DNA of 64,000 nt from Sminthopsis crassicaudata (lineage: Eukaryota), in the NCBI RefSeq assembly GCF_048593235.1, contig NC_133618.1, positions 497,507,675-497,571,674 on the forward strand, written 5' to 3'. Within the stretch, counting starts at the first letter, position 1, and every line of letters begins with the position of its first letter. A model generated the notes under the pieces. The model saw only the letters and a program-made list of their open reading frames with translations, was not told the DNA's origin and ran no database searches. This document shows, one piece after another, positions 63,185-64,000 of the stretch. The translations under genes and the position numbers were made by a program.

Positions 63185-63800
63185 TTTTTTTTTAATTTTA
63201 TAATTAGAATATTTTTTTTTGACTGTACATATGCTTGGGTAATTTTTTTTTACAACATTATCCCTTGGGGGCAGCTAGGTGGCGCAGTGGATAGAGCACC
63301 AGCCTTGAATTCAGGAGGACCCGAGTTCAAATCTGGTCTCAGACACTTAATACTGCCTAGCTGGGTGACCCTGGGCAAGTCACTTAACCCCAGCCTCAAA
63401 AAAACAAAACAAACAAAAAAAACACATTATCCCTTGCACTCACTTCTGTTCCGACTTTTCCCCTCCCTCCCTCCTCCCTCTCCTGTAGATGACAGGCATT
63501 CCCATACATATTAAATATGTTATAGTATATTCTAGATACAATATATATGTGCAGAACTGAATTTGTTGTTGTTGTTGTTGCAAAGGAAGTATTGGATTCG
63601 GAAGGTAAAAATAACCTGGGGAGAAAAACAAAAATGCAATTAGTCCACATCCATTTCCCAGTGTTCCTTCTTTGGGTGTAGCTGATTCTGTCCATCATTG
63701 ATCAATTGGAACTGGATTAGATCTTTATGTTGAAGATATCCACTTCCTTCAGAATACGTCCTCACACAGTACTGTTGTTGAAGTGTTTGAAGTGTATAAT
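63185..63800 (-). mobile_element. 5'-truncated L1 3' end with 16-bp TSD, carrying a nested SINE
   Basis: TSD ggatcctaagaatctt at 63169-63184 and 63801-63816. The 3'UTR is related to that at 437-779. Confidence 0.92.
63268..63423 (+). mobile_element. Young WSINE1-like SINE with 13-bp TSD
   Basis: ggggcagctaggtggcgcagtggatagagcacc...cccgagttcaaatc plus A-rich tail; TSD acattatcccttg at 63255-63267 and 63424-63436. Confidence 0.95.
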
Positions 63801-63914
63801 GGATCCTAAGAATCTTATTTGTTGCATCAATCAATAGTTAAATTAGTGGGACTGTTCATTTCACTTTGAGGCATTTGATGCTATAATGGATAGAGGGCCT
63901 AGTGTCACACCTGA

Positions 63915-64000
63915 ATTTTTTTTTTTCCCTGAGGCTGGGGTTAAATGACTTGCCCAGGGTCACACAGCTAGGAAGCATTCTGTGTCTGAGATCTGATTTG
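63915..64000 (-). mobile_element. WSINE1-like SINE 3' part, cut by the window end
   Basis: T-run then ccctgaggctggggttaaatgacttgcccagggtcacacagctagg. Confidence 0.85.

Overview
Vertebrate genomic DNA, most likely marsupial and probably dasyurid. This is an inference from WSINE1-like and MAR1-like CORE-SINEs and marsupial-type L1 sequences. The window holds the conserved block RNF183(+) >< PRPF4(-) <> CDC26(+) >< SLC31A1/CTR1(-) <> FKBP15(+, exon 1 only), matching human 9q32 order as I recall it. I rebuilt every coding exon by hand from GT-AG junctions with consistent reading frames: RNF183 190 aa (1 coding exon), PRPF4 523 aa (14), CDC26 85 aa (2), SLC31A1 194 aa (4). Two CpG-island bidirectional promoters lie at about 25.5-27.0 kb and 60.8-62.5 kb. 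The rest is dense in L1, L2, MIR, MAR1 and WSINE1 copies, two solo LTRs and a hAT MITE, many nested with readable target-site duplications (TSDs). The most unusual observations are: a 35-bp-stem hairpin in SLC31A1 intron 1; a TSD-bounded ERV LTR with an internal tRNA-Lys primer-binding site; a TSD-bounded L1 piece that keeps its 5' end but lacks its 3' end; a four-element nested retrotransposon stack; and a His-Gly repeat expansion in the CTR1 copper-binding ectodomain. No prokaryotic, CRISPR, rRNA or intact tRNA features were seen. Repeat family names come from recalled consensus similarity, not a database search. Repeat boundaries without TSDs are approximate.
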